From Octopus vulgaris (taxonomy: Eukaryota), in contig OX597816.1 of assembly GCA_951406725.2 (NCBI GenBank), positions 132,370,001 through 132,434,000 of the forward strand: 64,000 nucleotides of DNA. The letters are read 5' to 3'. Under the pieces are notes generated by a model. The model searched no databases. It worked only from the letters and a program-made list of their open reading frames with translations, and had not been told where the DNA came from. Positions 52,252 through 64,000 of the stretch are shown here, piece after piece (position 1 is the first letter of the stretch; each line of letters opens with the position of its first letter). A program made the position numbers and the translations under genes.

Positions 52252-53279
52252 ATATAGGCTTATACAAGTCTTACCCAGAGGCAGAGGGTAAGACTATCCG
52301 GTCTCTTTATCACTTCTGGATAATCTTGCCAGTTCCAGAACTGAGGGCATATTAATCCAAGTCAGGGCCTGTTTAATGATTAAGTTTAGCTCGGTGTAAT
52401 GAGCGAAATGACCCGCTGGACAGTAGCAATGCTAAGACACTGCTTTCAGTGGTTTTAGTTGATCAGTAATGCTCTTGTACTTACTTATTTCTCAGGTCTT
52501 TATTTAACAAGTGACAAAGTCATCCTTTGACATAAAGAGATCTTGCAGAAAATTTTGATTCAACCAACACAAAAGACAAAATACAGAATAAACTGGAGCA
52601 GCTTGTTTTATTCTGGGAAAAATGCAGAATGTAGATATATTTTGATGCCTGCCATCAAATGTTCAAGTGACAGAATGTAGATAATAAATAGGTTTCAGTC
52701 TCAAGAAGACAAACCGAAGATCGGTGCAATGTTTTTCAGCAGCATTATGCAAATCCTTGCTGAGTATATATACATTTGTTTGTGTGTGTCTGCATATGTG
52801 CTCATACAAGGAAGTCTGTGTTATTGCGTACTTGAGTGTATACTTGTAATTATTTAGCTAATGATGCACCTTCTGAAAAGCGTCAAATATCCGTTTTCTG
52901 TAAAGCAGTGCATAGAACAATTACCTGGTCATTCTGCAGCAGGTACACAAATATTTGTACCTCACATGGCATCGTGTATCGAATGAACCATGTTCTGTGT
53001 GCAGCAATGTATGTAATCTGGTTTGGTTGGTTGTGAATATATTATGTCTGTTGATATTGAAGCACACAAATCACTAACTGATTAAAAATCCCGCCAACGA
53101 ATAAGACTGCAGACAGTTCTCTCAATGACACCATGCCAAGCAATACAGTATTCACATTTTTATTTTAGGAGAGGTTTCCTACAGTTGTTCATTTGAGGAT
53201 TGAAAAACAAGATACCATGATTGTCTTCCTCACTACTTTGGCTGGCGTATTTTTCTCATTGCGCATAACCATTGATAAT

Positions 53280-53495
53280 AATAGTTTCAAATTTTGTCAC
53301 AAGGGCAGAAATTTTGAGGGAGGGAATAAGTCGATTTGCTCAACTGAGTGTTTCACTGGTACTTAATTTATCGACCCCGAAAGGATGAAAGACAAAGTCG
53401 ACCTCAACGGAATTTGAACTCAATATTGCAATGGGCGAAATACCGCTAAGCAGATCATCCAGCATCCTAACGATTCTGCCAGCTCACTGCCTTAT
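53280..53495 (-). repeat. SINE copy (same family)
   Basis: Reverse complement of the Meta-like unit (GGTACTTAATTTATCGACCCCGAAAGGATGAAAG). Confidence 0.85.
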
Positions 53496-53717
53496 AATAA
53501 TGACGATGATGCTGTAACTACCATTAATGTTAGATTGCTATTATGTTATTGTTCTAATTGTTGCTAACTTGAAACAAAAAAAGTAAAAATAATAGTAATA
53601 GAAAAGTAAATGTGATTTTGAAAACAAAAATAATTGTTTAACAAATCTTGAGAACATTGAAATAATTCACTATGCTTTTGCATTGGTGGTTTATGCATAA
53701 AAAAGACAAATTAGAAA

Positions 53718-54077
53718 GAGTAAAGACCCCCTTTGGTCATGAACAACCAAGGGATTGCACCTTGAAAGTTACCTTCCAAGACACATGTCCGGGGAAAGTT
53801 ACTTATGGAAGACCAGCAGTCACCCATGTATACCAGCCTCTCCTCTCCACACCACGCCATGCCACTGAAAAGTTTCCAATGAAAAGTTTAATATAGCTTG
53901 GCACCAGTGATGTTGCAACTCATTTTACAGCTGAGTGAACTGGAGTAATGCGAAATAAAGTGTTTTGCTCAAGAACACAACACAACACAACACAACACAC
54001 TGCCCAGGCAAGGAATCGAACTCACTACCTCATGATTATGAGCCCAATGTTCTAACCACTGAGCCATGCACCTTCAC
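53718..54077 (-). repeat. SINE of the third family
   Basis: Collinear with 59405-59738, with A- and B-box-like motifs at the minus-strand 5' end. Confidence 0.8.
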
Positions 54078-55679
54078 AGAATAAATTGGAACATTCTATA
54101 TTTATATAAAAAAAAGAGAAAGAATATAGTTTGTTCTTCTTGCTAGTTGACTGTGAATAGATAAGTGTGCAAATAATGATATGGCAGGTAAAAGGGCTTC
54201 TATTTTGATGTTAAGAAGTGTTGGTTGACAAGGTAAGTCATGTAGCTGAAGGACAGGGCAATGTCATTGAACAACAATGAACACAGCGTTCTTATAACAA
54301 GGAGTTAAATGTGTGTGTGGAGAGAGAGAGAGAGAGGTCTGTGCATGTTTATGGGTGAGGGAGTTTATGTATATCTAAGCAGGAAAAATAATGAACCTGG
54401 AAAAGTGCAGAATAAGAAGTGCAAGATTTAAAATATTCCAGTTTAAGTTGGAATTGAAATAGACATAAATAAAAGCTTTGAGTTGCATTCAAATGTGAAA
54501 CTATACCCAGCTTTTTTAATTCTAACTCCTTCATAAAAAGAATTCTTTATGGATCCTTGCTATAAAATAAAATATGGTAAATGATGGGAAGGAGTTAAGT
54601 AATTGTATAATATGGTGATGTAACATTGAAAATTACTTAATTTTCAGCTTTAATTTTTCCAATCACCACTGAGGTGACATTTAGGCATACTGAAATTTGA
54701 ATTTATCTGGAGGAGTGAAAAGTGATTAGGATGTATTTTAATTTGCCTGGTAACAGTCAAATAAGTAGTATCTTGTCAGTTCAAGAGATAAGTGGTGTGG
54801 GAATGTGCCTACTTTCTATTAAGATATAAACAGCTTAGCTTGTTACTATGGAAACAGACTCCTACATGTCTGTGGTTTTTGATTGACTAAGATTACCCAA
54901 AATTTGCAAATTTAAAAGCAATTAACTCTGTAATTTATTAACCTATGGCGAAAACATTTCATGTCAATGATTATTATATACAACAACACCAATACACCAA
55001 ATATGAAATCAATTGATATGAAAATGGAAGAAATTGAAAAGTGACGGCCAAACAGAAATGATCCAAATTTATCCCAACTAGAAAGAAATAGCTTCAAAAT
55101 CTATGCCGACGAAGGTCTAAAAATTCACCACTCTTGATATTCATAAAACTCTCTTACCCTTCAACACTCACAACTTATTAAAGCTTAGCCAACTTGGATC
55201 TTCCCCATTTTTATCTCTCTTTCTCAGAGTCAGCATAAATTATTCGGTATGTATCCAATTAGACATGCACATGCTATGGCAGACAGAAAATGGTCCTACA
55301 GATTTAACCATCATGCCGCCAAAGGGCACCTTAGTCTTCCCTTTAATCTTTCCCCTATGTTTTTCATCCAAACCATTCCCCAAGAGGCATATTCAAATTC
55401 AAATTCAAATTCCAATTGCAATATCTTTACACTTCCACTTCTTGTCCTGTGCTTTTGCAGATTGACGGGAATATTTTCCTTCTTGCCCCTGCATTTTCCT
55501 GCAAGTCCATTATTTATACAAGCGATGTTTTTCATATGTAAACACGAATACATACACACAAACACACACGAGAGTTTTCTGCACATCTGTCTACCATATA
55601 TGGTGCTGATGCTAAAATAAAGTCACATGTCTTAGATACTGCGTTGTGCAATTAAACTATGATCCACACAGTTGCAAAG

Positions 55680-56884
55680 CATAGACTTGAATGAATTTCC
55701 TCTCCCCCATTCATCATATATATGTGCATTCAAACATAGCTAGCCTTTGACCTCTATTTGGATCCCCTTGTGTCCACTACTCTGATTTGTTGGTATCGGC
55801 TCAATTTGTCTCTTACTCTGTTGCACCAACTTGCCGGGTATAACATGGGACAGTCTGTTTACCACCCTGTTTGAACTACAGCTCCTTATAAAAACTCAGT
55901 TTTTCCTCGTACCAGAGTCTTTGGTTCCAGACCTTTTAAGGTTTAGCCACTGACCACAAAGATAGCCAGTTCCAGTGACAATGTCAGACAACAACACCAT
56001 CACAGCAGCCACATTGAGACTTACCAACTTCGCCCAACAGCATTACAGCAACCTCCTTCCTTGTCGCCACCATCATGTCCTAAATATCGTCAACATCATC
56101 TCTCTCTGTACGCAGCTCAGCAAGCAATTCACCCAGGTTCCAACAGTCACTGTTTGTGAATTATTTCACCACAGATCAACAATGAGTTAATGACCTACAT
56201 GAACTCTTGTACAAGTGACCCAGGCAGCAGCATCACAGCCACAACTATAGGTACCTGTAACTGGCTTAGCATCATGACCGCCATTTCTTGATACAGTATT
56301 CCAACTACTGTGAACTATTGACAATGAACTGGTCTTTCTTGTGTCTATGAACTTACTTCACACTTCGATGGCTACAGACTCATTCACTGTCTCCTTCATC
56401 GCTATCCTTATATGTTCTTAACACACGATTGCATCTATGCCTACACGCACACATACATTTCGTTCTCATGACAGCCTGTCTATTATTCTGTATACATGAT
56501 GCACACAGACAGACATGTTAACATATCAATAGCTGTTCTCTTAATCATTCTTACACAGTTGTGTCTTTGTGGTCAGTGGCTAAACCTCAAAAGGTCTGGA
56601 ACCATAGACTCCAGGACGAGAAAAAACTGAGTTTTTATAAGGAAGTGTAGGTTCAAACAGGGTGATAAACAGACTGTCCCACATGATCCTATTTAGGGCC
56701 TCCAACTGGTCATACAGGGCAAGTTGGTGCAACAGAGTAAGAGACAAATAGCGCCAATACCAACCAGTCAGAGTAGTGGACACAATGGGATCCAAGTAGC
56801 AGCCAAAGGCTAGCTGTTCCCTGCTACGTTCGAATGCATGTATATACAATGAATGGGAAAGAAGAATTTCCCCCCGAGTCTATG
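55680..56884. mobile_element. Foldback-like element with about 280-320 bp imperfect terminal inverted arms
   Basis: 55680-55962 aligns to the reverse complement of 56564-56884 (CATAGAC...CCACTGACCACAAAGA) with indels. About 600-bp non-coding spacer. No TSD recognised. Confidence 0.8.
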
Positions 56885-57315
56885 ATACATGTCCAAGTTC
56901 ATTATTTTATAGAAACATAATTGTCTAAATCAAACTGTGTATATTAACAGTATTTATTTTCTCAGTTTCTTTCAAGTAGAAAAATATTTTAGAAAGAAAA
57001 CTATCTTATTAGCATAAAAAAATATGTGGAGAAGATTAAAGCAAAATATTTATTTACATTGGTACTACAACAAAACAGGTAAACTCCTTCTCACCGAACT
57101 TGAAAGCGATTGACTGTTACCAGAAACACATCTGATTCGAGTTGATGTTTTATTTTTTATAGAAATTATCAAGCTACTTGGAGTTAAAAGGTAACCTCAC
57201 CGCAATCAAGATCAACCCTTGATTTTAATTCTTGATGGAAGTTAATGTATACCAGTAAACAGGATATAATTATAACCGTAACTGTTAGTATAATATCATG
57301 CTGATAGATATTTTG

Positions 57316-57720
57316 TATCTTTTATCTTTTATTTGTTCTAGTCGTTAGACTGCAGCCATGCTGGGGCACTGCCTTGAAGAAATTTTTTTAGGTGAATTAA
57401 TCGACCACAGTACATTTTTTAAGTGTGGTACTTAGTTTATCGATCTCTTTTGCCGAACTAATTTATGGAGATGTAAACACACTATTACCGGTTGTCAACT
57501 GGTGGTAGAAGACAAACACAGACACTCACAAGTATATATATATATATATATATATACGATGGGCTTCTTTCAGTTTCGATCAATGGAATCCACTCACATA
57601 GCCTTGGTTGGTTCGAGGATATGGTAGATAACACTTGCGCAAGGTGCCACGCAGTGAGACTGAACCCAGAACCATATGGTTGGGAAACAAGTGTTCTTAA
57701 CACACAACCATGCCTGCACC
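57316..57720 (-). repeat. SINE of the second family
   Basis: Diverged reverse complement of 10280-10642. Confidence 0.8.
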
Positions 57721-59404
57721 TAAGATAGGATAAATATTTAAAAAGACAGATAATGATTCTAAAACTATTTAATTTCTTCCAATGGCGACAGTACTTCACA
57801 AAATTGCTTTTTATCTCTGAGTATTGTACACCTTTGTCACCATATTTCTCTTGGTATATACTGCCTCTGTTGCAGTTAATTTTGAAAATAAAGCAGTATT
57901 TAGTAAAATAACATTGTCATTATTAAGCTAGTGTTTGGGACATAAATTAGCATGAAATTATAATGGAAAATTTTGAGGAAAGACTTCCGCCCGCCCCCCA
58001 CCATTTTCTCCCAAAATTGTTTATTTTTGTAATCTTTTTTTTTTCTAGTTTTGGTAATCCGAAACAGTTAAAGCTGTGGTTTCCGAAGACACGCCAAATC
58101 CCCCTGCATTGCGAAATGAACTTATCATTCACGATCTTTAGTACCGAACAGACTAGGTAATTTTACTTCAAGACAGTTGATTTTAAGCTGATGAGGATTA
58201 CACGACATAACGCATGTATGCGCCGTGCAGTGTATATGTAGGTCTCCTCCTGTAAATGATATAACTGCAGCTGGAACAGTTTAAATTTTAAAGTGGGCAG
58301 GATGTTGAGGTAAACGAGAAAACCGACTATTTCTACGTTAGATTTTGTAACGAGATCTCAGGTGGTGGAAAGCTGTTTTTGTTGAGTCTGGTTCAAATCC
58401 TGTTACTTTAAAAATAAACAGACGACCGATCTACATCAACAGCAATATGTATAAATTGAAGTGAGTCATATGAAAGCGAAAGCCAGATTTAAATTTGGGG
58501 GTTGAAAAATTATTACTAACATATTTAAACTTCAGAATGCAAACATTGTTTATTTCACAACTTTTTAGAATAGTGAATTAGCGTTCGTTTCAATGAGGGT
58601 TCAAAATGTAAGTTTACATAATGTATATGCATAGATATCTTAGCAAATGTGCGGGTGTGCTTGTGTATGTGTGTATGTGTGTGTGTATGCGCGCGCATGC
58701 GTATATAGCATAGATATAATGCAAATATGGCACACAGGTATGGAAGAATGGTTGAGAAATTCGCTTAGCAACTGTGAGGTTCTGAGTTCGATTCCATTGT
58801 GTGTGTGTGTGTGTATCTGCGTGCGCGTGCGTACGTAGCACAGATAGATGTAATGTAAATATGGCGCACAGGTATGGAAGAATGGTTGAGAAATTCGTTT
58901 AGCAATCGTGAGGTTCTGAGTTCGATCCCATTGCGTGGAATCTTATCCAGTAGCCACGAATTGATCAAATCTTCCTGATAGAAACGGAAAGTGTATCGAA
59001 GCTCATCGGATGGACTGTGCCTGTAATTCGAAGAGCCAACTATTTAACATATAGTGTCATCTTAATTCTGTTTGGGAATTACATTATGGCTACAGAAAGT
59101 TAATGAACTTACCTGTTGAGGGGAAACCCATTTGATCAGGAAAGTTCAAAAGCTTCAATGCTCGATAGGGAGTCCATACTTTTTGAACTGGGGCGTGTTA
59201 AAGCAATAATCGATCGCAGCGAGATTTGAATTCGGAACCTAAATACTATAGATAATTCAGTCCACTGATCTCCTGCTACTCTCGTCAGTTATTCATGCAT
59301 CATTTTTTAAACTTGATCTGCTGTAAAAAAATATAGAGCATATAAATAAATAATAATTCATCAGCCAATATGTAATTTCTTGTCGACTAGAAACGATTAA
59401 AAAA

Positions 59405-59738
59405 GGGGTAAAGACCCCCTTCGGTCATGAATGACCATGGGATTGCACCTAGAAAGTTACCCTCCTAGACACAAGTCCGGGCAAGGTTGTTTATGGAAGA
59501 CCAGCAGTCGCCCATGCATACCAGCCTCCCCCTCTCCACACCACCAGTGTTATCCAAGGGAAATACAAAGGTCGATACAGCTTGGCACCAGTGACGTCGC
59601 AACTCATTTCTACAGCTGAGTGAACTGGAGCAACGTGAAATAAAGTGCTTTGCTCAAGAACACAACACGCAGCCCGGTCCGGGATTCGAGCTCACAACCT
59701 CACGATCGTAAGCTCGACGCTCTAACCACTGAGCCATG
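59405..59738 (-). repeat. Third tRNA-derived SINE (Nin/Deu-like central motif)
   Basis: The minus strand begins CATGGCTCAGTGGTTAGAGCG (A box)...GCTCGAATCCC (B-box-like) and includes CCAGTTCACTCAGCTGTAGAAATGAGT. A homologous copy lies at 53718-54077. Confidence 0.8.
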
Positions 59739-59803
59739 TTCTATTTAGGCACATCAGATGAATGTGACTTTATAGCAACCAGCTTTAAGCAAAAACTCTA
59801 TCA

Positions 59804-59941
59804 CAGGCATAGGCAACCTTTTTCGAGAAGCAGGCTGCATGAGACATGACTCAACATCATGCACGACTAAAAATAAAAACAAGGTAGTTTCTCACGGGGT
59901 GCTAGCCAGAGAGTCCTGCAGGTTGCAGTTTGCCATGACTG
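59804..59941. mobile_element. hAT-type MITE, 138 bp
   Basis: Perfect 8-bp TSD CTCTATCA (59796-803 and 59942-49) with imperfect CAG-initiated TIRs (CAGGCATAGGCAAC / GTTTGCCATGACTG). Confidence 0.85.
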
Positions 59942-61267
59942 CTCTATCAGATAAAAGCCAAGGTAGATAACATTTGAGTCATTTGAGCCAATAAACAGAG
60001 TTATCAAGAACACAGAGACCATCAATCTTTGAATAGTTCTCAAGGAATTTCAAGTTGGCTATAAAGAACATTTGGAGTACTATGTAAATAAGTTGGATGT
60101 AAACAAAAGAGTTATTGTCCACCAGGCGAATGTGTGAAGCATAATAAATTACAACTATCAATCTTGATAAATGTTTCATATTGTATTCTCAGTATATTTA
60201 TTCTATTAGCACATAAAGGTATCAATTTCGTTGTAGTTAATGGAGTTAAAGGTTGTAAACAAACTAGCCATTAACCGGCTACATTATAGGTAACAATTGG
60301 CTTCAACTACTGCGCTTTACAAAATGCACATTGATCATTATCCGTCAGACATCAAAGTAGTCAGATCACTGCTGTATGAAAGACCATGCAGGACGGGGAC
60401 TATCCAGTATTTTCATACTTGCATCTTTTGTTTACATGTCTGATGCCAATACCTAAATTTTGAATAGGGGCATTCTATATTCATTCACCAGATAGCGCGA
60501 TTAAGACCACATTGGAATAATGTTCTCATGTCTGGAGTGACGTTGTTGTTGCGTACACAAAAAGTTTAGACCACATTTAAGAGAAGACCATTCGACTAAT
60601 TGGAGTACAACCCAAAGCGTAGCTTGGAGCGAGCGGATGGGGACATCCACTCTGGGCGACACTTGTACGAAGGCACCACTTTTGGTTCTGCTGTATAAAC
60701 TTGTATAGGCTTGGAGACTTATGGGAGGATGCCAAACTCAAGGGTCGCCAGACAGCCCAGGTTCTATTTACACCACTGGCTACAACCACACACTACAGCC
60801 ACTGTTTACTGAGTCATTATTTTTCTGTGTATATCTCACCTATCGATTCTAGAATGGCTTCTGCTTCTCTTCACCCACTGTATCTAACTCATCATCTGTA
60901 CATTTTCTTACCATCCACAAAAGCCCCACGCTAAATCACTTCCCAGCAAAAAAAAAATTTTTTTTAATGCATCCTTCAATAACTCAATCCTTTCCACATT
61001 CTTTTTTACAAAAGAATTACCTCATAGAAATTAAAATATATATATATATATATAAAAGTTCAAAGGTGCAGTTCTTCCATATCAGACTGAATAATGGTTC
61101 CAAATTTTGGCAGAAGGCCTGAAATTTTGTGGTGGTGGTGGAGGGGAGAATTAGCTGATACCATCGACTGATACTGTATTTTATCGACTCCGAAAGGATA
61201 TAAGGCAAAGTTAACTACATAGGTAATTGATAAAAATGAACTCGGATTTATATATATATATATATAT

Positions 61268-62128
61268 AAATAACAAAATCGAGGTATGGGTGTTGTTAGT
61301 TCGTGAATCGGCGGCTGTTTTTAGGCGCCTGGTGTTTAAAACATCTGAAAGTAAGTCACAGTCAATCGAGACAACTCACATCAGATCCTTTCTCTGAGCG
61401 ACAGACACCGATGTTTCGACATTGTTTTGACAATGCGTCCACATACTCCCTCCACAACACTGATATCAAGAAATCCTCTTGCGAGCGTGACCTAGGCATC
61501 ACTGTCAGCAGTGATTTGCGTTGGACAAAGCATATCTCTAAAATTGTCAAGAAGGCCGAGGGTGTCTTGGCATCACTCAGCAAGACTTTTGTTAGCCGCT
61601 CTCCAGCCATCTATTTAAAACTGTATACAGCTATGGTACGACCACACTTGGAATTCGCATCATCAGTTTGGAACCCCCATCTTGCTCAGAACATTGACCT
61701 CCTGGAATCTGTCCAGAGACGTGCAACCAAACGCATACCCTCCATCAGACATCTACCATATTCTGAGCGCCTTGTTTCCCTGGGCATGGATTCACTGAAG
61801 CTCCGGCGTCTGGCGACGGACTTGGTAAACACCCACAAAGTTATCAACCACCTCACCAACAACAACACTGAACACCTTTTTGATCTCCATGTGTCTAACA
61901 CACGTGGACATGCCTACAAAGTCAGAAAACAACACAGCTCCCATGACTTTTGGAAACATTTTTTCACGCCCAGAGTTGCTGAAGCATGGAATAAACTGCC
62001 TGCGTCAGTTGTTGACTGCCATGACACTGCATCCTTTAAGGCCCTCATGCTTTCCGAAATCCGCCGAAACTACACCTGATTATATATACACTTTAGATTA
62101 GTTGTAGTGCACCTGAGCACTGTACACA

Positions 62129-62184
<56 letters not shown>

Positions 62185-62680
62185 CAATGTCGCATACCGA
62201 ACAAGGCCCGCTGCAAGCCGTATCGCCGACTATGACTATATTCTACATGGTTAAGACACCATTTGGTGGCGTGTCCCAACGTTTCATGCCACGGAAAAAA
62301 ATTCAAATATGAATCAGAAGTAGCTCGAGCTATATAAGCAAAACCGAGTACACATATACAAGGTTTGTGTGTTGTTAGTTCGTTGGTTGGCAAATGGTGA
62401 CCATTTACCCTATAGTCATAGTTGGCGATATGGCTTGCAGCGGGTCTTGCTGGGTATGCGACATTGATAAGTCAAAACAATTACGAAACATCAGTGTCTG
62501 TCGCTCCGAGAAAGGACCTGATGTGAGTTGTCTCGATTGACTGTGACTTACTTTCAGGTGTTTTTTTTTTTTTTTACACCAGGCGCATAGAGAATATATT
62601 CTCATATGCCTAAAAACCGCGATCGACCTACGAATTAAAACACACATACCTTCTGTATGTGTGTTCGATTTTGTTTATAT
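61268..62680. repeat. Inverted-repeat pair whose left arm is interrupted by the CR1 copy
   Basis: 61268-61431 joined to 62181-62240 equals the diverged reverse complement of about 62411-62680. A third partial copy of the arm start lies at about 62333-62385. Confidence 0.8.
61434..62183 (+). mobile_element. Short 5'-truncated copy of the same CR1-type LINE
   Basis: Collinear with 18103-18831, with roughly 17 substitutions over about 700 bp by eye and the same 3' UTR and (TTA)n tail. Confidence 0.95.
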
Positions 62681-62842
62681 ACCTCGAGGTGCTTCTAAAT
62701 AATATATATGCGCGTACGCGTGTGGATGTTGTGCGTGCGTATTGTTTAGAATCAGCGTATATTAGATTATAATTCATTTATAATGAGACTAGAAGGTTCA
62801 TGACACCTGTGGAGTATCACCTTCTCCCATTACAATTATTTC

Positions 62843-63231
62843 TGTAGTCTTATGATCTGGAACTCGAAAGAAGAAGCTTACAAGCGGAGTGCAATTCAAT
62901 AGTTGTTTATTTTAGTTCTCGTTCATGTGGCTCGCTCCCAGTGACCCTCTGTATGGCAGCGCGTGGTCCGTTATTGCTCCGCTCACATGAGGTACATTAC
63001 CTCTGGAGATAACGAGTAAAGTTAGAGCAGGATAAGAATCCACTGTGAGCTGCCAGTTCGCAGTGTTTCTCAGCATAAGCGAGAAAGTGAAGGCCTCCTC
63101 ATATAGAGGTTGCCCACGAGAGCCTCGCTGTGGTCTCGCGCATGGCAACATGGTTGTAGGCGAGATCTTGCTTTTGTCTCAGACGACGAGATCTCGCACA
63201 AAATGGCGCTGGCTTCTTGTGTCACGCTACA
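62843..63231 (-). mobile_element. Probable second solo LTR (389 bp)
   Basis: TGTAG...CTACA termini, a GC/CpG-rich island in AT-rich DNA, minus-strand AATAAA near 62905 and AAATGGCG near the right end as in the first LTR. No clean TSD seen. Confidence 0.45.
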
Positions 63232-64000
63232 AATTTTATTTCTAAATAGTTTTCTGCAATCGAGCATCAAGCTCGGCTTCGTCTCTTTGTGAAAAGACAA
63301 GCAATCACTTTGGCAATTTATTTCCGATTTATTTCAGTGTTTCTCTCCTTATCGCTTCGAACTAATCCTCTTGTCAACCTATACTAAAATATTTGCTCAG
63401 GGATTTCAAAATAACAACTTGTTGATTTAACAATCCAGAACATAATCCGGATCTATTCATCTCGATCACAGATGTTTTAATTCAGTTTTTTTTTTAGCTA
63501 AACAGTTTGAAACTTCGAATACTGGTAGAATTTCTCACGTAGAATATGGTTTACGCTTAACGTTTTTGACAAAATTTCCTATTTTAGAAGTTATTTCGTG
63601 TTAAAGTTGTCGTATTTGGGTAATTTTAACCAATCGACGACGTGTATTCGCTTGAGGAAAGCTACTGCTATTTGCGATAGTAATCGAAGAGGAACAACTT
63701 CTGGGACATCTCTAGGATCTTTACCTTCTGACCTACAGATTTAAAAAATAATTTTTTGTAACTAAACACTTTCAAACTTCGGACACTTGTAGAATGTGCC
63801 ATATAAAACATATTTTACTCTTAGCATTTTTGAGAAAAACTTATATTTACGAATTTATTTCACGTTAAAGTTCTCGTATTTTGGTAATTTCAGCCAATCA
63901 ATGACGTGTATTCAACTGAATAAAATTAGTGCCGTTGTCAACAACTATCGGCGGTGTATTTTTCGTTTGCCACTGTTATTTATGACATCATTCGTGCGTT

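Noticed and set aside
59670-59738. tRNA-like sequence on the minus strand
   Set aside because: It is the head of a SINE, continuous with a body shared with 53718-54077. No convincing acceptor stem.
61303-61433. Apparent novel N-terminal fusion on the 258-aa ORF
   Set aside because: Chance in-frame read-through from the host inverted repeat into a truncated LINE. There is no ATG start or other support.

Overview
AT-rich eukaryotic genomic DNA. The SINE/LINE repertoire and long (TA)n tracts suggest a coleoid cephalopod, probably octopus (inference). One host gene can be built by hand on the + strand: the 3' six coding exons (14053-15263, 20151-20256, 20883-21024, 21752-21882, 22982-23074, 24195-24355) of an NR1-family nuclear receptor related to the E75/Rev-erb, E78 and ROR/HR3 groups. 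All introns are GT-AG and phase-compatible, giving about 613 aa of T-box, long hinge and complete ligand-binding domain. The zinc-finger exons were not found and probably lie upstream of the window. The rest is a dense mobile-element landscape: two near-identical CR1-type LINE copies, an RTE LINE with a C4HC3 PHD-type finger inserted inside its reverse transcriptase, and a Penelope-like GIY-YIG fragment next to a degenerate hammerhead-ribozyme fold in a (TA)n-rich block. There is also a CRE-type endonuclease fragment inside a long-TIR element, a solo LTR with a target-site duplication, Tc2/pogo-, piggyBac- and hAT-type MITEs, tandem SINE arrays and several near-perfect palindromes. I found no prokaryote-style system such as CRISPR or an operon. 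The strongest leads are the PHD-in-RT LINE, the hammerhead/Penelope cluster and the divergent nuclear receptor. All identities and alignments were judged by eye.
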